From: a virus
DNA: 64,000 bases
Virus record (IMG/VR): IMGVR_UViG_3300008266_000015
Direction: 5' to 3' (one strand)
This document shows, in pieces, positions 7,655 to 17,285 of the stretch. The notes beneath the pieces are model-generated. The model did no database searches and had not been told where the DNA came from. It worked only from the letters and a program-made list of their open reading frames with translations. Every line of letters starts with the position of its first letter. Position 1 is the stretch's first letter. The position numbers and the translations under genes were made by a program.

Positions 7655-8467
7655 ATGTTAGAAAATTTGATTATTACACCTAAACGAGGTAGAGGTAGAC
7701 CAGCAAAAGACGCAACACAAACTATGTCAGCATTTAATCCTGAAGAAGTTAAACTAATCAGAGGCGAATCATTGAAATTCAATGAAGCACTATTTGTACC
7801 TTTCAAAACAGGTACCGAATTTGATCTAATTTTATCAACCGATGGTGGTTTAATGCCCGGCACATCGATGATGATTGCTGGTGGACCAGGATCAGGTAAG
7901 TCAACATTAGTAACAGATATGTTATCTAAGTTTACAAAGCAAGGTTTGAAATGCTTGTTAATACAAGGCGAAATGGATGAAATTGGGCATTACAAATATT
8001 GCCGAAGAATGCCTTCATTTGGTTGTGTTCAGACATTGTTTTTGAAAAACCACATGGATAACGTGAAAGAAACATTAGAATATGTTTTTAACTTAGGTTA
8101 CGACGTTATTGCAATTGATTCACTTGCGGAGGTATTAGCAATGTATCGCGATCAAAACGGTGGTTCAGCAAAACAAGCCGAATCATGGCTATTGAAATTA
8201 CAAGATTCAGTTAAAAAAGGAAACAACGCATTAGGTTATTATACATCGTTTGTTAATATTCAACAAATGACGAAAAGCGACGAGTTTGCGGGTTCAAACA
8301 GGTTAAAGCATATGATGGAAGCATATTGCGCAGTTGAACGTAGCAAAGATGGACTTGAACGTTCAATGCATTTCGAAAAGAATCGTGATTGCGATAAAGA
8401 TTACAAAATCTACTTTTCAATATATAAGGACGGAGTTCATTACGCTTTAAATCAAGCAGAAGAATAA
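7655..8467 (+). CDS. RecA-superfamily (RadA/Sms-like) ATPase with an N-terminal AT-hook
   Basis: GGLMPGT, Walker A GGPGSGKST, Walker B IAIDS, QMTK..FAGSNRLKHM, KNR; N-terminal KRGRGRP. Confidence 0.8.
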   Translation: MLENLIITPKRGRGRPAKDATQTMSAFNPEEVKLIRGESLKFNEALFVPFKTGTEFDLILSTDGGLMPGTSMMIAGGPGSGKSTLVTDMLSKFTKQGLKCLLIQGEMDEIGHYKYCRRMPSFGCVQTLFLKNHMDNVKETLEYVFNLGYDVIAIDSLAEVLAMYRDQNGGSAKQAESWLLKLQDSVKKGNNALGYYTSFVNIQQMTKSDEFAGSNRLKHMMEAYCAVERSKDGLERSMHFEKNRDCDKDYKIYFSIYKDGVHYALNQAEE

Positions 8468-8523
8468 AAACGGGGAGTACACGCTCCCCTTTCATATATT
8501 CAAGTAAATAAAAAAGATATATT

Positions 8524-9300
8524 ATGAAAAACCATTTCATTCCTATCGATAACAAAATCGATAAAGCAATTGCATTTGCTCAATCATTAGATAACAAATC
8601 GTTTCGTACACGAAACCGAATTAAACAACCCTCAGCATATATTGATACGCTGAGTGTTGTTCAGAATCTACAACAACAAGGTTGGGAAATAACAGGAGTA
8701 TGTGAACAACGCGGTAAAGATAGAAAAATATCAAACAACTATGTTCAATTGGAACACCCTGACTTTAAAATGATGAATAAAAACAAAGTCGAAGGTATAT
8801 CAAATATCTATGTTTCAAATAGTTGCGACGGAAGAAAACCGCTTAATTTAGATTTCGGAATGTATCGTTTAGTTTGTTCAAACGGATTGATTCAACGTAC
8901 CCCGTATATTGAACATAGAATTAAACATACACCGCAAAGTATTGAACGATTGCCAATGATTATGCAAAGTGTAAATAGCGCAGCACAAAGAGTCCTTAAA
9001 AGATTCGATTCATTAAAAACAAAGGAATTGAAACCTGCACAGCTGGAGGAACTAGTAAATAAAGCAGCACGTTTAAGATTTGACGATGACGTGATGGATG
9101 CTTCTCAACTACTCACTGTATATCGAGATGAAGATAAAGGAAACGATTTATGGTCGGTATATAACAGGATTCAAGAAAATTTAATCAAAACAAATATGTT
9201 ACTAGATCGTAACGGACGACCGTTAGCAGGAGTAAACGATGTTAAAAGCGACATTGTTTTAAATCAAGCATTATTTGGATTGATAGAAAATTATGCTTAA
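8524..9300 (+). CDS. DUF932/DUF945-family protein, paralogue 1
   Basis: NSCDG...FGMYRLVCSNGL and DLWSVYNRIQE motifs. Confidence 0.8.
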   Translation: MKNHFIPIDNKIDKAIAFAQSLDNKSFRTRNRIKQPSAYIDTLSVVQNLQQQGWEITGVCEQRGKDRKISNNYVQLEHPDFKMMNKNKVEGISNIYVSNSCDGRKPLNLDFGMYRLVCSNGLIQRTPYIEHRIKHTPQSIERLPMIMQSVNSAAQRVLKRFDSLKTKELKPAQLEELVNKAARLRFDDDVMDASQLLTVYRDEDKGNDLWSVYNRIQENLIKTNMLLDRNGRPLAGVNDVKSDIVLNQALFGLIENYA

Positions 9301-9357
9301 AAATTAGGATTACAAAATCAATTATCATATATTTAATCAAACGAAAAAATAAAAGTT

Positions 9358-10158
9358 ATGCTAGATCTAAATTCAAACACATTCCTTAGTAAGGAGCAAA
9401 TTAAATCAAAAGCAAATTCGATTTTTGCTACTAAAGGTGCTGAAAACACCTCACAACACTATTCACACATTCCAACATTCAAAATCATTGAAGATATGGA
9501 ATTGTTAGGATGGAAAGTTTCTGATGTTAAAGAGGTTAAAGCGCGTAAAAACGCTGGATTCCAAAAACATTTAGTTGTATTTCGTAATGAGGAAATTGTT
9601 ATTGATGGTAAAGATGGAGACACAGTATTTCCACAAATCCTATTAACAAATAGTTCAGACGGAAAAAATGCATTTACATTCCGTGCCGGACTTTTCCGTC
9701 TTGTATGTGAGAATGGTTTAGTTATTTCAACACAGGATTTTGCTGATTTAAAAATCAGACATATGGGTTATGACTTTGAAAAGTTACAGAAAACCATTAC
9801 CAATATTGTTGAGAAACTTCCACTCACAGTTGAGTCAATGAATCGTTTTAAAGAAACACAATTGGAGGAGGAACAAATCCTACAATTCGCTAAAGATGCA
9901 CTTACAGTACGTTTCGGTGAAGAGGAAATGGAACGCATTACAATTGATTACACTACATTTATTCAACCAACACGTAGAGAAGATGCAGGAAATGACTTAT
10001 GGTCAGTGTTTAACCGCATTCAAGAACGAGTAATGGATGGAGATTTCCAATACAGTTATGCAGCCAAAATACGTAAAGCACGTAAAATCAAGAACTTCAA
10101 TCAAGATTTAGATTTGAATTCAAGACTATATGAGTTAGCTACCACATATTGCCTATAA
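9358..10158 (+). CDS. DUF932/DUF945-family protein, paralogue 2
   Basis: YSHIPT, NSSDG...AGLFRLVCENGL, RREDAGNDLWSVFNRIQE. Confidence 0.85.
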   Translation: MLDLNSNTFLSKEQIKSKANSIFATKGAENTSQHYSHIPTFKIIEDMELLGWKVSDVKEVKARKNAGFQKHLVVFRNEEIVIDGKDGDTVFPQILLTNSSDGKNAFTFRAGLFRLVCENGLVISTQDFADLKIRHMGYDFEKLQKTITNIVEKLPLTVESMNRFKETQLEEEQILQFAKDALTVRFGEEEMERITIDYTTFIQPTRREDAGNDLWSVFNRIQERVMDGDFQYSYAAKIRKARKIKNFNQDLDLNSRLYELATTYCL

Positions 10159-10168
10159 AAAATAAATT

Positions 10169-10197
10169 GGGGAGCTTGGACTACAAGTTCCCCTTTT
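10169..10197 (+). terminator. Terminator hairpin overlapping the promoter repeat (similar at 8472, 18489, 26034, 26382)
   Basis: GGGGAGCTTG-GACTA-CAAGTTCCCC-TTTT. Confidence 0.7.
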
Positions 10198-10219
10198 ATA
10201 TATTTAAAATAAAAAAGTT

Positions 10220-10651
10220 ATGGAAAAAGAATTTGTACCTTATGAACAAGCATTAGCTTTAAAAGAATTAGGATTTAATGAAGAGTGTTTAACATCTTAT
10301 CATTATAATGGAACATTAATAGATATGTGGAGTGCAGTGGGTTTTGTTACAAATAGTAGTTTAATAAACCCTGAACAATTTAATGCTAATAATAATTCTA
10401 AACTTTTAAAAGATTATATTGATAATCCTTTTACAGCAGCACCAACATTCTCACAAGCATTTAGATGGTTTAGAGAGAAGTATAATTTACATGGGATAGT
10501 TTCATATTACGGAAAAAATCAATGGGATATAGAACTACTTGATTACAAAGGAAACCAATTAGTTGAAATAGAAAACAACACATTTTGGACTTATGAAGAA
10601 GCAGAACTTGCTTGTTTAAATAAACTAATTGAAATTATAAAACAGAAATAA
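10220..10651 (+). CDS. Hypothetical phage protein (MEKEFVPYE type)
   Basis: ORF behind a repeat; ALALKELGF, APTFSQAFRWFREK and TYEEAELACL blocks. Confidence 0.7.
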   Translation: MEKEFVPYEQALALKELGFNEECLTSYHYNGTLIDMWSAVGFVTNSSLINPEQFNANNNSKLLKDYIDNPFTAAPTFSQAFRWFREKYNLHGIVSYYGKNQWDIELLDYKGNQLVEIENNTFWTYEEAELACLNKLIEIIKQK

Positions 10652-10827
10652 TGGAAGAAGAATTTACACCACCATCACAGGTAAACAGATTGGAAATAAT
10701 CAATCACGCCAAAAACGATAAACCAGTAGGACGAATCCTTACTTTGTATAAGGAATTAGGACATTTTGAACACATTGAAGTAGTATATCAAGATAACGGA
10801 AAAACATTAAAAATATTTTTAGGATGA
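10651..10827 (+). CDS. Hypothetical protein, 58 aa (not in track)
   Basis: TAATG coupling; MEEEFTPPSQVNRLEII...QDNGKTLKIFLG. Confidence 0.6.
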   Translation: MEEEFTPPSQVNRLEIINHAKNDKPVGRILTLYKELGHFEHIEVVYQDNGKTLKIFLG

Positions 10828-10982
10828 TAATAAGCATTATTGGAGGTACAGCAATTGTATTAAGTTTGATTGTACCATATTTTATAAAAAATAAACGAAC
10901 CGGAAATTTTATTGGAGCAGTACTAGCTGCTTTTGCTTGTGGTTTGTTTTTAGGTGAATTAATTACTAAATATTTTTCATAA
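10824..10982 (+). CDS. Small two-helix membrane protein (not in track)
   Basis: ATGA overlap; two hydrophobic segments. Confidence 0.5.
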   Translation: MIISIIGGTAIVLSLIVPYFIKNKRTGNFIGAVLAAFACGLFLGELITKYFS

Positions 10983-11317
10983 TGAGCGGAGGAGCATTTG
11001 ATTATAATCAATCTCGCATTCAATATATAATTGAAGGCATTGAAGAGGAAATTGAAAAAAATGGAAAGAAAATCGACTACGAACCGGGATACAAAAGATA
11101 TGAATGGGAATCAGAATACCATTACGAATATCCACCTGACATTATTGAGGAATTTAAAAATGGAATACGCATACTAAAACAAGCATATGTCTATGCTCAG
11201 CGAATTGATTGGCTACTATCAGGAGATGATAGAGAAGATTCATTTCGTAAACGATTGAAAGAGGATTTAGCACAATTAAACCCACCTACTTTTTGGGGTG
11301 AAGAAAGCGGATACTAG
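10982..11317 (+). CDS. Hypothetical phage protein
   Basis: Coupled ORF (MSGGAFDY start); stop lies in repeat 11315. Confidence 0.7.
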   Translation: MSGGAFDYNQSRIQYIIEGIEEEIEKNGKKIDYEPGYKRYEWESEYHYEYPPDIIEEFKNGIRILKQAYVYAQRIDWLLSGDDREDSFRKRLKEDLAQLNPPTFWGEESGY

Positions 11318-11360
11318 GATTACAAAATCTTTAGTTGTATATTTAGGTAAATAAAAAATT

Positions 11361-11726
11361 ATGGAAAGAATAGAAATTAATGGAGTATGGTATGTTAAAG
11401 AAGATACCATACAAAAAGAAAGTACTATATTAGAGCCTACTCATTTTGAAGGATACTCTGTAGAAAATGATGATTTTATTTTTGAAGCAACTATTATATT
11501 TAAAGATGATGGTACTCCTTATTATGGTATTACTATTGAATGTACTGATAAAAGATTCCCAGATAGGAATAATTGGAAAGTAGAACATTGGGATAATGAT
11601 AATTGGTTAAGAGGTATATTAAACAATAATCCTGATTCATGGAAAGAATTACCTGAAATGAGTAGTGGAGATATTCATTTTTTACAAACATTTTTACAAT
11701 ATTTAAAAGATAAAGAATGGTTATGA
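11361..11726 (+). CDS. Hypothetical protein
   Basis: Behind repeat 11315. Confidence 0.7.
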   Translation: MERIEINGVWYVKEDTIQKESTILEPTHFEGYSVENDDFIFEATIIFKDDGTPYYGITIECTDKRFPDRNNWKVEHWDNDNWLRGILNNNPDSWKELPEMSSGDIHFLQTFLQYLKDKEWL

Positions 11727-11971
11727 AAGAAACACTTGAAGAAGCTGCTGAAAAGTATGCTAAACAATTTGATTATGCAGAAGATTCTTCACCACCAATA
11801 GATTTTGTTGAAGGTGCTAAATGGCAACAAGAAAGAATGTATAGTGAGGAAGAAGTATTAGAGTTATTACTAAAACATCAATCTGATTATAGGAGTTCCG
11901 TAAGAAATACATCTCCTTTGGATTGGAGTTTTGATATTAAAGATTGGTTTGAACAATTTAAAAAGAAATAA
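11723..11971 (+). CDS. ETLEEAA-family modular protein, copy 1
   Basis: MKETLEEAA / EGAKWQQERMYSE / FEQFKKK blocks shared with 13452 and 19186. Confidence 0.8.
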   Translation: MKETLEEAAEKYAKQFDYAEDSSPPIDFVEGAKWQQERMYSEEEVLELLLKHQSDYRSSVRNTSPLDWSFDIKDWFEQFKKK

Positions 11972-11972
11972 A

Positions 11973-12185
11973 ATGGGAAATCTAAAACAAAAACTTACCA
12001 CTGAGGAATGGGACGAATTAATAATCTATACTAAACCAGGATTTGTTGAAAAACGGATTGAATTATCTATTCAAGAGGCAGCAGAAAAATACACATCAAC
12101 ATCTTTTAACAAACAAGATCTGTATGATGGGTTTATAGCTGGAGCAAAATGGATGATGGAAAACATTAAAACAAACTCAAAATGA
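11973..12185 (+). CDS. Hypothetical protein with a degenerate EAAEKY/FIAGAKW module (start corrected)
   Basis: C-terminal similarity to the ETLEEAA family. Confidence 0.65.
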   Translation: MGNLKQKLTTEEWDELIIYTKPGFVEKRIELSIQEAAEKYTSTSFNKQDLYDGFIAGAKWMMENIKTNSK

Positions 12186-12481
12186 CAGCAGACGAATTCA
12201 ACACCAAATATAAAGACTATTTAGAGGAAGGACATTACGGACTAGATATAGACATTCCATCCATAACTAAATATCTAGATGAAATATTTCAGGGCCTAAT
12301 TAAAATACCTGGATTTCAATATTCACAAATAAAAGATAAATACTCTAATTGTAGATTCTATACTAACTTACTTGAGGTATTAGGACATAAATTAGGAGCA
12401 ATTGTATCAAATGAGGTGGAACGTAGAGTTTCTATGATGATGGAAGTATATTATGATCACTTAAATTATAAGAAAGATTAG
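12182..12481 (+). CDS. Hypothetical phage protein
   Basis: ATGA coupling; QIKDKY..CRFY motif; stop lies in a repeat. Confidence 0.7.
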   Translation: MTADEFNTKYKDYLEEGHYGLDIDIPSITKYLDEIFQGLIKIPGFQYSQIKDKYSNCRFYTNLLEVLGHKLGAIVSNEVERRVSMMMEVYYDHLNYKKD

Positions 12482-12523
12482 GAATGCAAAATCTTTAATT
12501 GTATATTTAAAATAAAAAAGGTT

Positions 12524-12787
12524 ATGAACGATTGGTCAGCATTTAATGTAAAGTATTTAGCGGTACCATTTACTATGTTGGTATTTGGTGTAGTAATAGG
12601 ATTTGGTATATCCGATTCCAAAAAGAAACCAACTAAAAAATACCCAATAGAAGTACAAACTCATTGGTCAACAGATCAAGGTGCATCTTATCCAATTATG
12701 GAAGCAGATAGTGTTATAGGTGATACTATATACAAAGATGGTATTAGTATAGTAAATAAAAACATTTTAAATATAACATTTAAATGA
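12524..12787 (+). CDS. Membrane-anchored hypothetical protein
   Basis: N-terminal hydrophobic helix. Confidence 0.65.
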   Translation: MNDWSAFNVKYLAVPFTMLVFGVVIGFGISDSKKKPTKKYPIEVQTHWSTDQGASYPIMEADSVIGDTIYKDGISIVNKNILNITFK

Positions 12788-13455
12788 AAAACATACACGT
12801 AATAAACCAAAACATCTACATCACTAATGATGAAGAAATTAAAGAAGGGGATTGGGTTATTTATAAAAATAAAGTTTTTAAGATAGGAATAGGTGATAAT
12901 GAACTTTTTCATTTAAGTAAAAAAATCATCCTAACAACAGACCAAGATTTAATCAAAGATGGTGTACAAGCTATTGAAGATGATTTTCTTGAATGGTTTG
13001 TCCAAAATCCAAGTTGTGAGGAGGTTGAAGTACAATGCAGATATAATTTTTATGCAGGTCAAGATTTAACACATTACAAAATAATCATTCCAAAAGAATC
13101 TAAACTAATTAATAACTGTCCTAAGTGTGGTTTAGATTTAATCATAAGAGAACATTGTACACCAATTTGTACAGATATTGATTGCCGTGGTATTATACTT
13201 AGTAATGAAACATTAAGAGAATGGGCATCAAAAAAAGAATCTAAACAAGAAACACTTGAAGAAGCAATGGAAAGTTATTTAGATTCTCCTACGCCCCACT
13301 CATACAAAAGAGCAGTAAAATTTGGTGCTAATTGGCAACAAAAACAGATATTAGAATTTCTTTATTTAGAAATAACAGAACGTAGAGATTATTCAGCATC
13401 TAAAATGTGTGAAAAGGTAATAGAGTTTATTGAACAATTAAATACTAAGAAATGA
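12784..13455 (+). CDS. Mosaic hypothetical protein with a Zn-ribbon insert and a C-terminal ETLEEA module
   Basis: CPKC..C..C insert flanked by KESK; ends KQETLEEA...FGANWQQ. Confidence 0.7.
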   Translation: MKNIHVINQNIYITNDEEIKEGDWVIYKNKVFKIGIGDNELFHLSKKIILTTDQDLIKDGVQAIEDDFLEWFVQNPSCEEVEVQCRYNFYAGQDLTHYKIIIPKESKLINNCPKCGLDLIIREHCTPICTDIDCRGIILSNETLREWASKKESKQETLEEAMESYLDSPTPHSYKRAVKFGANWQQKQILEFLYLEITERRDYSASKMCEKVIEFIEQLNTKK

Positions 13456-13715
13456 AAGAAACACTTGAAGAAGCTGCTGCTAGACATTTTAATAAAGAAG
13501 ATTTAGTTGAAGGTGTTAATATTCAATATGTACTTCAATGTGCTTTTATTGAAGGTGCTAAATGGCAACAAGAAAGAATGTATAGTGAGGCAATTGAGTT
13601 TGCTGAGTGGATTAGAATTAAAGATTTCCAAACTGCATCTAAAGATAATTGGATTGGTTTAGATATGAAATACTTTACAACAGAAGAATTGTTTGAACAA
13701 TTTAAAAAGAAATAA
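13452..13715 (+). CDS. ETLEEAA-family modular protein, copy 2
   Basis: Shared constant blocks. Confidence 0.8.
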   Translation: MKETLEEAAARHFNKEDLVEGVNIQYVLQCAFIEGAKWQQERMYSEAIEFAEWIRIKDFQTASKDNWIGLDMKYFTTEELFEQFKKK

Positions 13716-13716
13716 T

Positions 13717-13914
13717 ATGAAGCAAACAGCAGTTGAGTGGTTGGTTGAAAGTTTAACGGAATTAGGTGTTGATTTATTAAGTCATAACTTAGAGATTCAA
13801 CAAGCCAAAGCAATGGAGAAGGAGCAGCATCAGCAAACTGCAGCACACTTTTTTCCTACATCATTAAAGAAAGAAGATTTTGAACAATATTATACAGAAA
13901 CTTATGAAAAATGA
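13717..13914 (+). CDS. Hypothetical phage protein, MKQTAVEWL type (start corrected)
   Basis: Coupled to both neighbours. Confidence 0.7.
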   Translation: MKQTAVEWLVESLTELGVDLLSHNLEIQQAKAMEKEQHQQTAAHFFPTSLKKEDFEQYYTETYEK

Positions 13915-14114
13915 ACATAGGACAGGAAAGAATAATAAAGAAATACGCTTGGTTACCAACTTGGGTTTGGGTTGGGAAACAAGGAAATAAAGATAAGTGG
14001 ATTTGGTTGAGACCATTTTACGAAAAACAAAAATATGTTAAGTGGAATGATTGGCAGGAAGGTGTGGGAGACCATTGGAAGACAAGTTGGAAATGTGAAC
14101 GTCAATATATTTAA
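13911..14114 (+). CDS. Trp-rich hypothetical protein
   Basis: ATGA coupling. Confidence 0.6.
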   Translation: MNIGQERIIKKYAWLPTWVWVGKQGNKDKWIWLRPFYEKQKYVKWNDWQEGVGDHWKTSWKCERQYI

Positions 14115-14132
14115 AATTATAACAAATAAACT

Positions 14133-14498
14133 ATGGCAATATTCGGAAGTAGTTGGAAAGAAGATAGTGAAGACGAAATCAATATGTTTTCACATTGGAA
14201 AGATGATGAAGATGACTCTGGTCCTGAACCAAACGAGGCACTAAAAGTAGCTAAAGAAAGATATGATGCAATGCTTGATGCTAAACCACCTTACGTAAGT
14301 GATGATTTTCAAATTGGACCTGATGGTGCATATGAGGATGTAAGTGATTGGGATATAACATTAATGGATGGAATTGAGTACGAAAGTTGGGATGAAATAT
14401 ATGAAGACTATGTTGGTGAGGCAGATCTACACGAGTTTTTACAATGGCTAAAGGAAAATTTTCAAGTACCTAATAAACTAGGACCACAAAATTCTTAA
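14133..14498 (+). CDS. Very acidic hypothetical protein
   Basis: D/E-rich; DDFQIGPDGAYE. Confidence 0.7.
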   Translation: MAIFGSSWKEDSEDEINMFSHWKDDEDDSGPEPNEALKVAKERYDAMLDAKPPYVSDDFQIGPDGAYEDVSDWDITLMDGIEYESWDEIYEDYVGEADLHEFLQWLKENFQVPNKLGPQNS

Positions 14499-14522
14499 TT
14501 GTATATTTAAAATAAAAAAGTT

Positions 14523-14777
14523 ATGATATTTACAGGCAAATCAGCAGATGGTTCAGATGCAAAGGAAGTTGAAGGTATGTATATGCATCCCGATGGAGAA
14601 CAATGGTCAAATCAACCATGGATCATAACAAAAGAGGACAAAATGTATTGGGAAATACGTGACCATATTGATGGTAAACGATCACTACAAGACGAATACG
14701 ATTTAGTTAAAGCAAAGAAATCCACATTAAGTAGAGCACTACGTGATTTTTTAATTAAATTTATGGATGAGGGTTAA
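14523..14777 (+). CDS. Hypothetical protein
   Basis: Single-gene cassette between repeats. Confidence 0.7.
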   Translation: MIFTGKSADGSDAKEVEGMYMHPDGEQWSNQPWIITKEDKMYWEIRDHIDGKRSLQDEYDLVKAKKSTLSRALRDFLIKFMDEG

Positions 14778-14825
14778 TTAGGATTACAAAACCTTTAATT
14801 GTATATTTAAATAAAAATAAGAGTT

Positions 14826-15456
14826 ATGACGCCAAAAGAAAAAGCAGATGAATTATTTAGAAAAATGTATCAAGTACGTTCTGTAGCGGCAAGTGATATT
14901 ACTAAACATTTTGCAAAACAAAGTGCATTAATTGCAGTTGATGAGATTATAAAAGAATATGGAACATATTTCAAAGTAGAAGTAGAAGGTAAATATGTAT
15001 CTTATTGGCAACAAGTTAAACAAGAAATTGAGAAACTATGACACCAAAAGAAAAAGCAGATGATTTACTGAAGAAAATGCTAGGTAAAAATCCAAACATC
15101 CAAGACGGAGTTTCAGCCATAGATACTATACAAGCTAAACTATGCGCTTTAGTAGCAGTTGATGAAATAATGAGCACCACTGATGCGGAAGACCATATTA
15201 TTTTGTATAACTATTGGCAAAAAGTAAGAAATGAAATTGAGAAACTATGACACCAAAAGAAAAAGCAGAACAATTAGTACACACATACCGAATGCTATTT
15301 ATGGATGTTGGGGGCGATTATGGGGAGGAAATACTAGTGTCTGTATTATCTAAACAGTGTGCTTTAATAGCAGTTAAAGAAATAAGATACACCCATTACG
15401 ATGCAATAACTACAATGTGGTGGAATGATGTAGAACAAGAAATAAATAAGTTATGA
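14826..15456 (+). CDS. Three tandem MTPKEKA-family genes (14826-15041, 15038-15250, 15247-15456)
   Basis: Shared MTPKEKA / ALIAVDEI / W..V..EI.KL blocks; ATGA overlaps. Confidence 0.8.
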
Positions 15457-16130
15457 AAATCTGGCATATAAGTGACACACACACCTACCACGGACTATTA
15501 AATATTCCAAAGGATATTGATATGGTTATTCATTCAGGTGACTGTTCTAATCCACAAGATATAGTTAAGTCCCATAGTGAGATTTTAGAGTTTATAAATT
15601 GGTTTGCTTTGCTACCTATTAAATATAAAATATTTGTAGCTGGAAACCACGATGTTGCTATTGAACGCAAATGGATTACTAGAGACCATTTCATTGAAAA
15701 GGATATAGTGTATCTTGAAAACGAATCAATTACAATTGATGGTATCAATATATGGGGTTCTCCATTTACACCTTCGTTTGGTGAAGGTTGGGCATTCAAT
15801 AAAAAGAGAGACAAACTACACAACTTGTGGGCTACTATTCCTGATGATACAAATGTAGTAGTGGTTCATGGTCCACCTAAAGGTATTTTAGATCTATCAT
15901 ATGATACAACAAATAAACTAGAATTCTGTGGATGTAATGCATTTAAAAAACGAATGCTTCAATTACAACCTGAACTGTGTTTGTTTGGGCATATTCACAA
16001 CTGTGAAGATATAATTAATGCAGGCACAACTAAATTATCAGCATATAAAACAGTATATTCAAATGGTTCAGTAGTGACTGATGGTAAATTTGGTAAATTA
16101 AGTTCAAACGGAAATATATTAGAAATATGA
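15453..16130 (+). CDS. Calcineurin-like metallophosphoesterase
   Basis: SDTH, HSGD, GNHD, HGPP and GHIH motifs. Confidence 0.9.
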   Translation: MKIWHISDTHTYHGLLNIPKDIDMVIHSGDCSNPQDIVKSHSEILEFINWFALLPIKYKIFVAGNHDVAIERKWITRDHFIEKDIVYLENESITIDGINIWGSPFTPSFGEGWAFNKKRDKLHNLWATIPDDTNVVVVHGPPKGILDLSYDTTNKLEFCGCNAFKKRMLQLQPELCLFGHIHNCEDIINAGTTKLSAYKTVYSNGSVVTDGKFGKLSSNGNILEI

Positions 16131-16342
16131 AAGTAAAACAACTAATAGAACACTTACAAACACTTGATCCTGAATTATATGTATTTAGACCTGGATATGA
16201 AGCTGGTTTAGAGGATATAAAGGATACTAGTAGTGTAGTTCATGTTGAATTGGATTATAACAAAGAATGGTATTATGGACCACATGAACAAGTATTAAGT
16301 CCTGAAATATTTCCAAACGCAGTAAAAGGAATAGTATTATAG
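16127..16342 (+). CDS. Hypothetical protein (MKVKQLIEHL family)
   Basis: N-terminus similar to 16399 and 22796. Confidence 0.7.
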   Translation: MKVKQLIEHLQTLDPELYVFRPGYEAGLEDIKDTSSVVHVELDYNKEWYYGPHEQVLSPEIFPNAVKGIVL

Positions 16343-16398
16343 ACTAGGACTACAAAATCTTTTAACATATATTTAAACAACTTAAAAAAATAAAGGTT

Positions 16399-16614
16399 AT
16401 GACGGTACAAGAATTAAAAGAAATACTTGATGAAATGAACCCAGATATGGAAGTAAAATTTTCATACAGTTATGGAGACTATTGGCGAACCCAAGTAGCA
16501 GCAAACATTTCAGATGTCGATTATGGGTATGTAAGTTATAGTGACTACCACCAAATGGATAAGGTATCTGAAGATGAAAATGAAGATACTAAGTATGTAG
16601 TTTTACTAAGTTAA
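16399..16614 (+). CDS. Hypothetical protein (MTVQELKEIL)
   Basis: Single-gene cassette. Confidence 0.7.
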   Translation: MTVQELKEILDEMNPDMEVKFSYSYGDYWRTQVAANISDVDYGYVSYSDYHQMDKVSEDENEDTKYVVLLS

Positions 16615-16673
16615 TTTGTTAGGATTACAAAATCTGTTAATGTATATTTAATCAACTTAAAAAAATAAAGGTT

Positions 16674-16898
16674 ATGAACGGATTAACACAATCAGAATTC
16701 GAAATTTTGCTTAAACTAAAGCAACTAAAACAAAACAAAAAGTACATTGCTTTAAAACTACACCCTCCAATTGGAAACAGTACCATTCAGAAAGAAAACA
16801 ATCGGATGTTTATCAATGAAGGCCGAGATGGAAAATGGGAAGACATCTCAGAGAGTTTCTATGATATAGTAGTAGGAATTTACGATTCACGTTCTTAA
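16674..16898 (+). CDS. Hypothetical protein
   Basis: Behind repeat 16620. Confidence 0.65.
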   Translation: MNGLTQSEFEILLKLKQLKQNKKYIALKLHPPIGNSTIQKENNRMFINEGRDGKWEDISESFYDIVVGIYDSRS

Positions 16899-16910
16899 AA
16901 AATAAAGGTT

Positions 16911-17234
16911 ATGGCAACACGTAGTTACATTGGAAAACGTCTTGAAGACGGAAAAATTCGTTACATTTATTGTCACTTTGATGGATATCCATCACACAAT
17001 GGAGAAATCCTAACTGAATATTATACAACAGAAGACAAAGTCACTGATTTACTTGATTTAGGAGATATGAGTAGTTTAGAGCCATCTCTTTCAGAATGTA
17101 AAGTATATGATGATGGAAATGTTGCGATTGGAGATATGAGTGATTTTCTTGATGGGAATGTTTCATATTACTATTTGTTTGAAAATAATGAATGGCAATG
17201 TTTTGATTATAAAGGAGATCAAGTAACTCTCTAG
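16911..17234 (+). CDS. Hypothetical phage protein (MATRS...YCHFDGYP type)
   Basis: Recognisable HxDGYP motif; stop lies in a repeat. Confidence 0.75.
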   Translation: MATRSYIGKRLEDGKIRYIYCHFDGYPSHNGEILTEYYTTEDKVTDLLDLGDMSSLEPSLSECKVYDDGNVAIGDMSDFLDGNVSYYYLFENNEWQCFDYKGDQVTL

Positions 17235-17285
17235 GATTACAAGATTTACAAACGTATATTTAATCAACTTAAAAAAATAAAAGTT

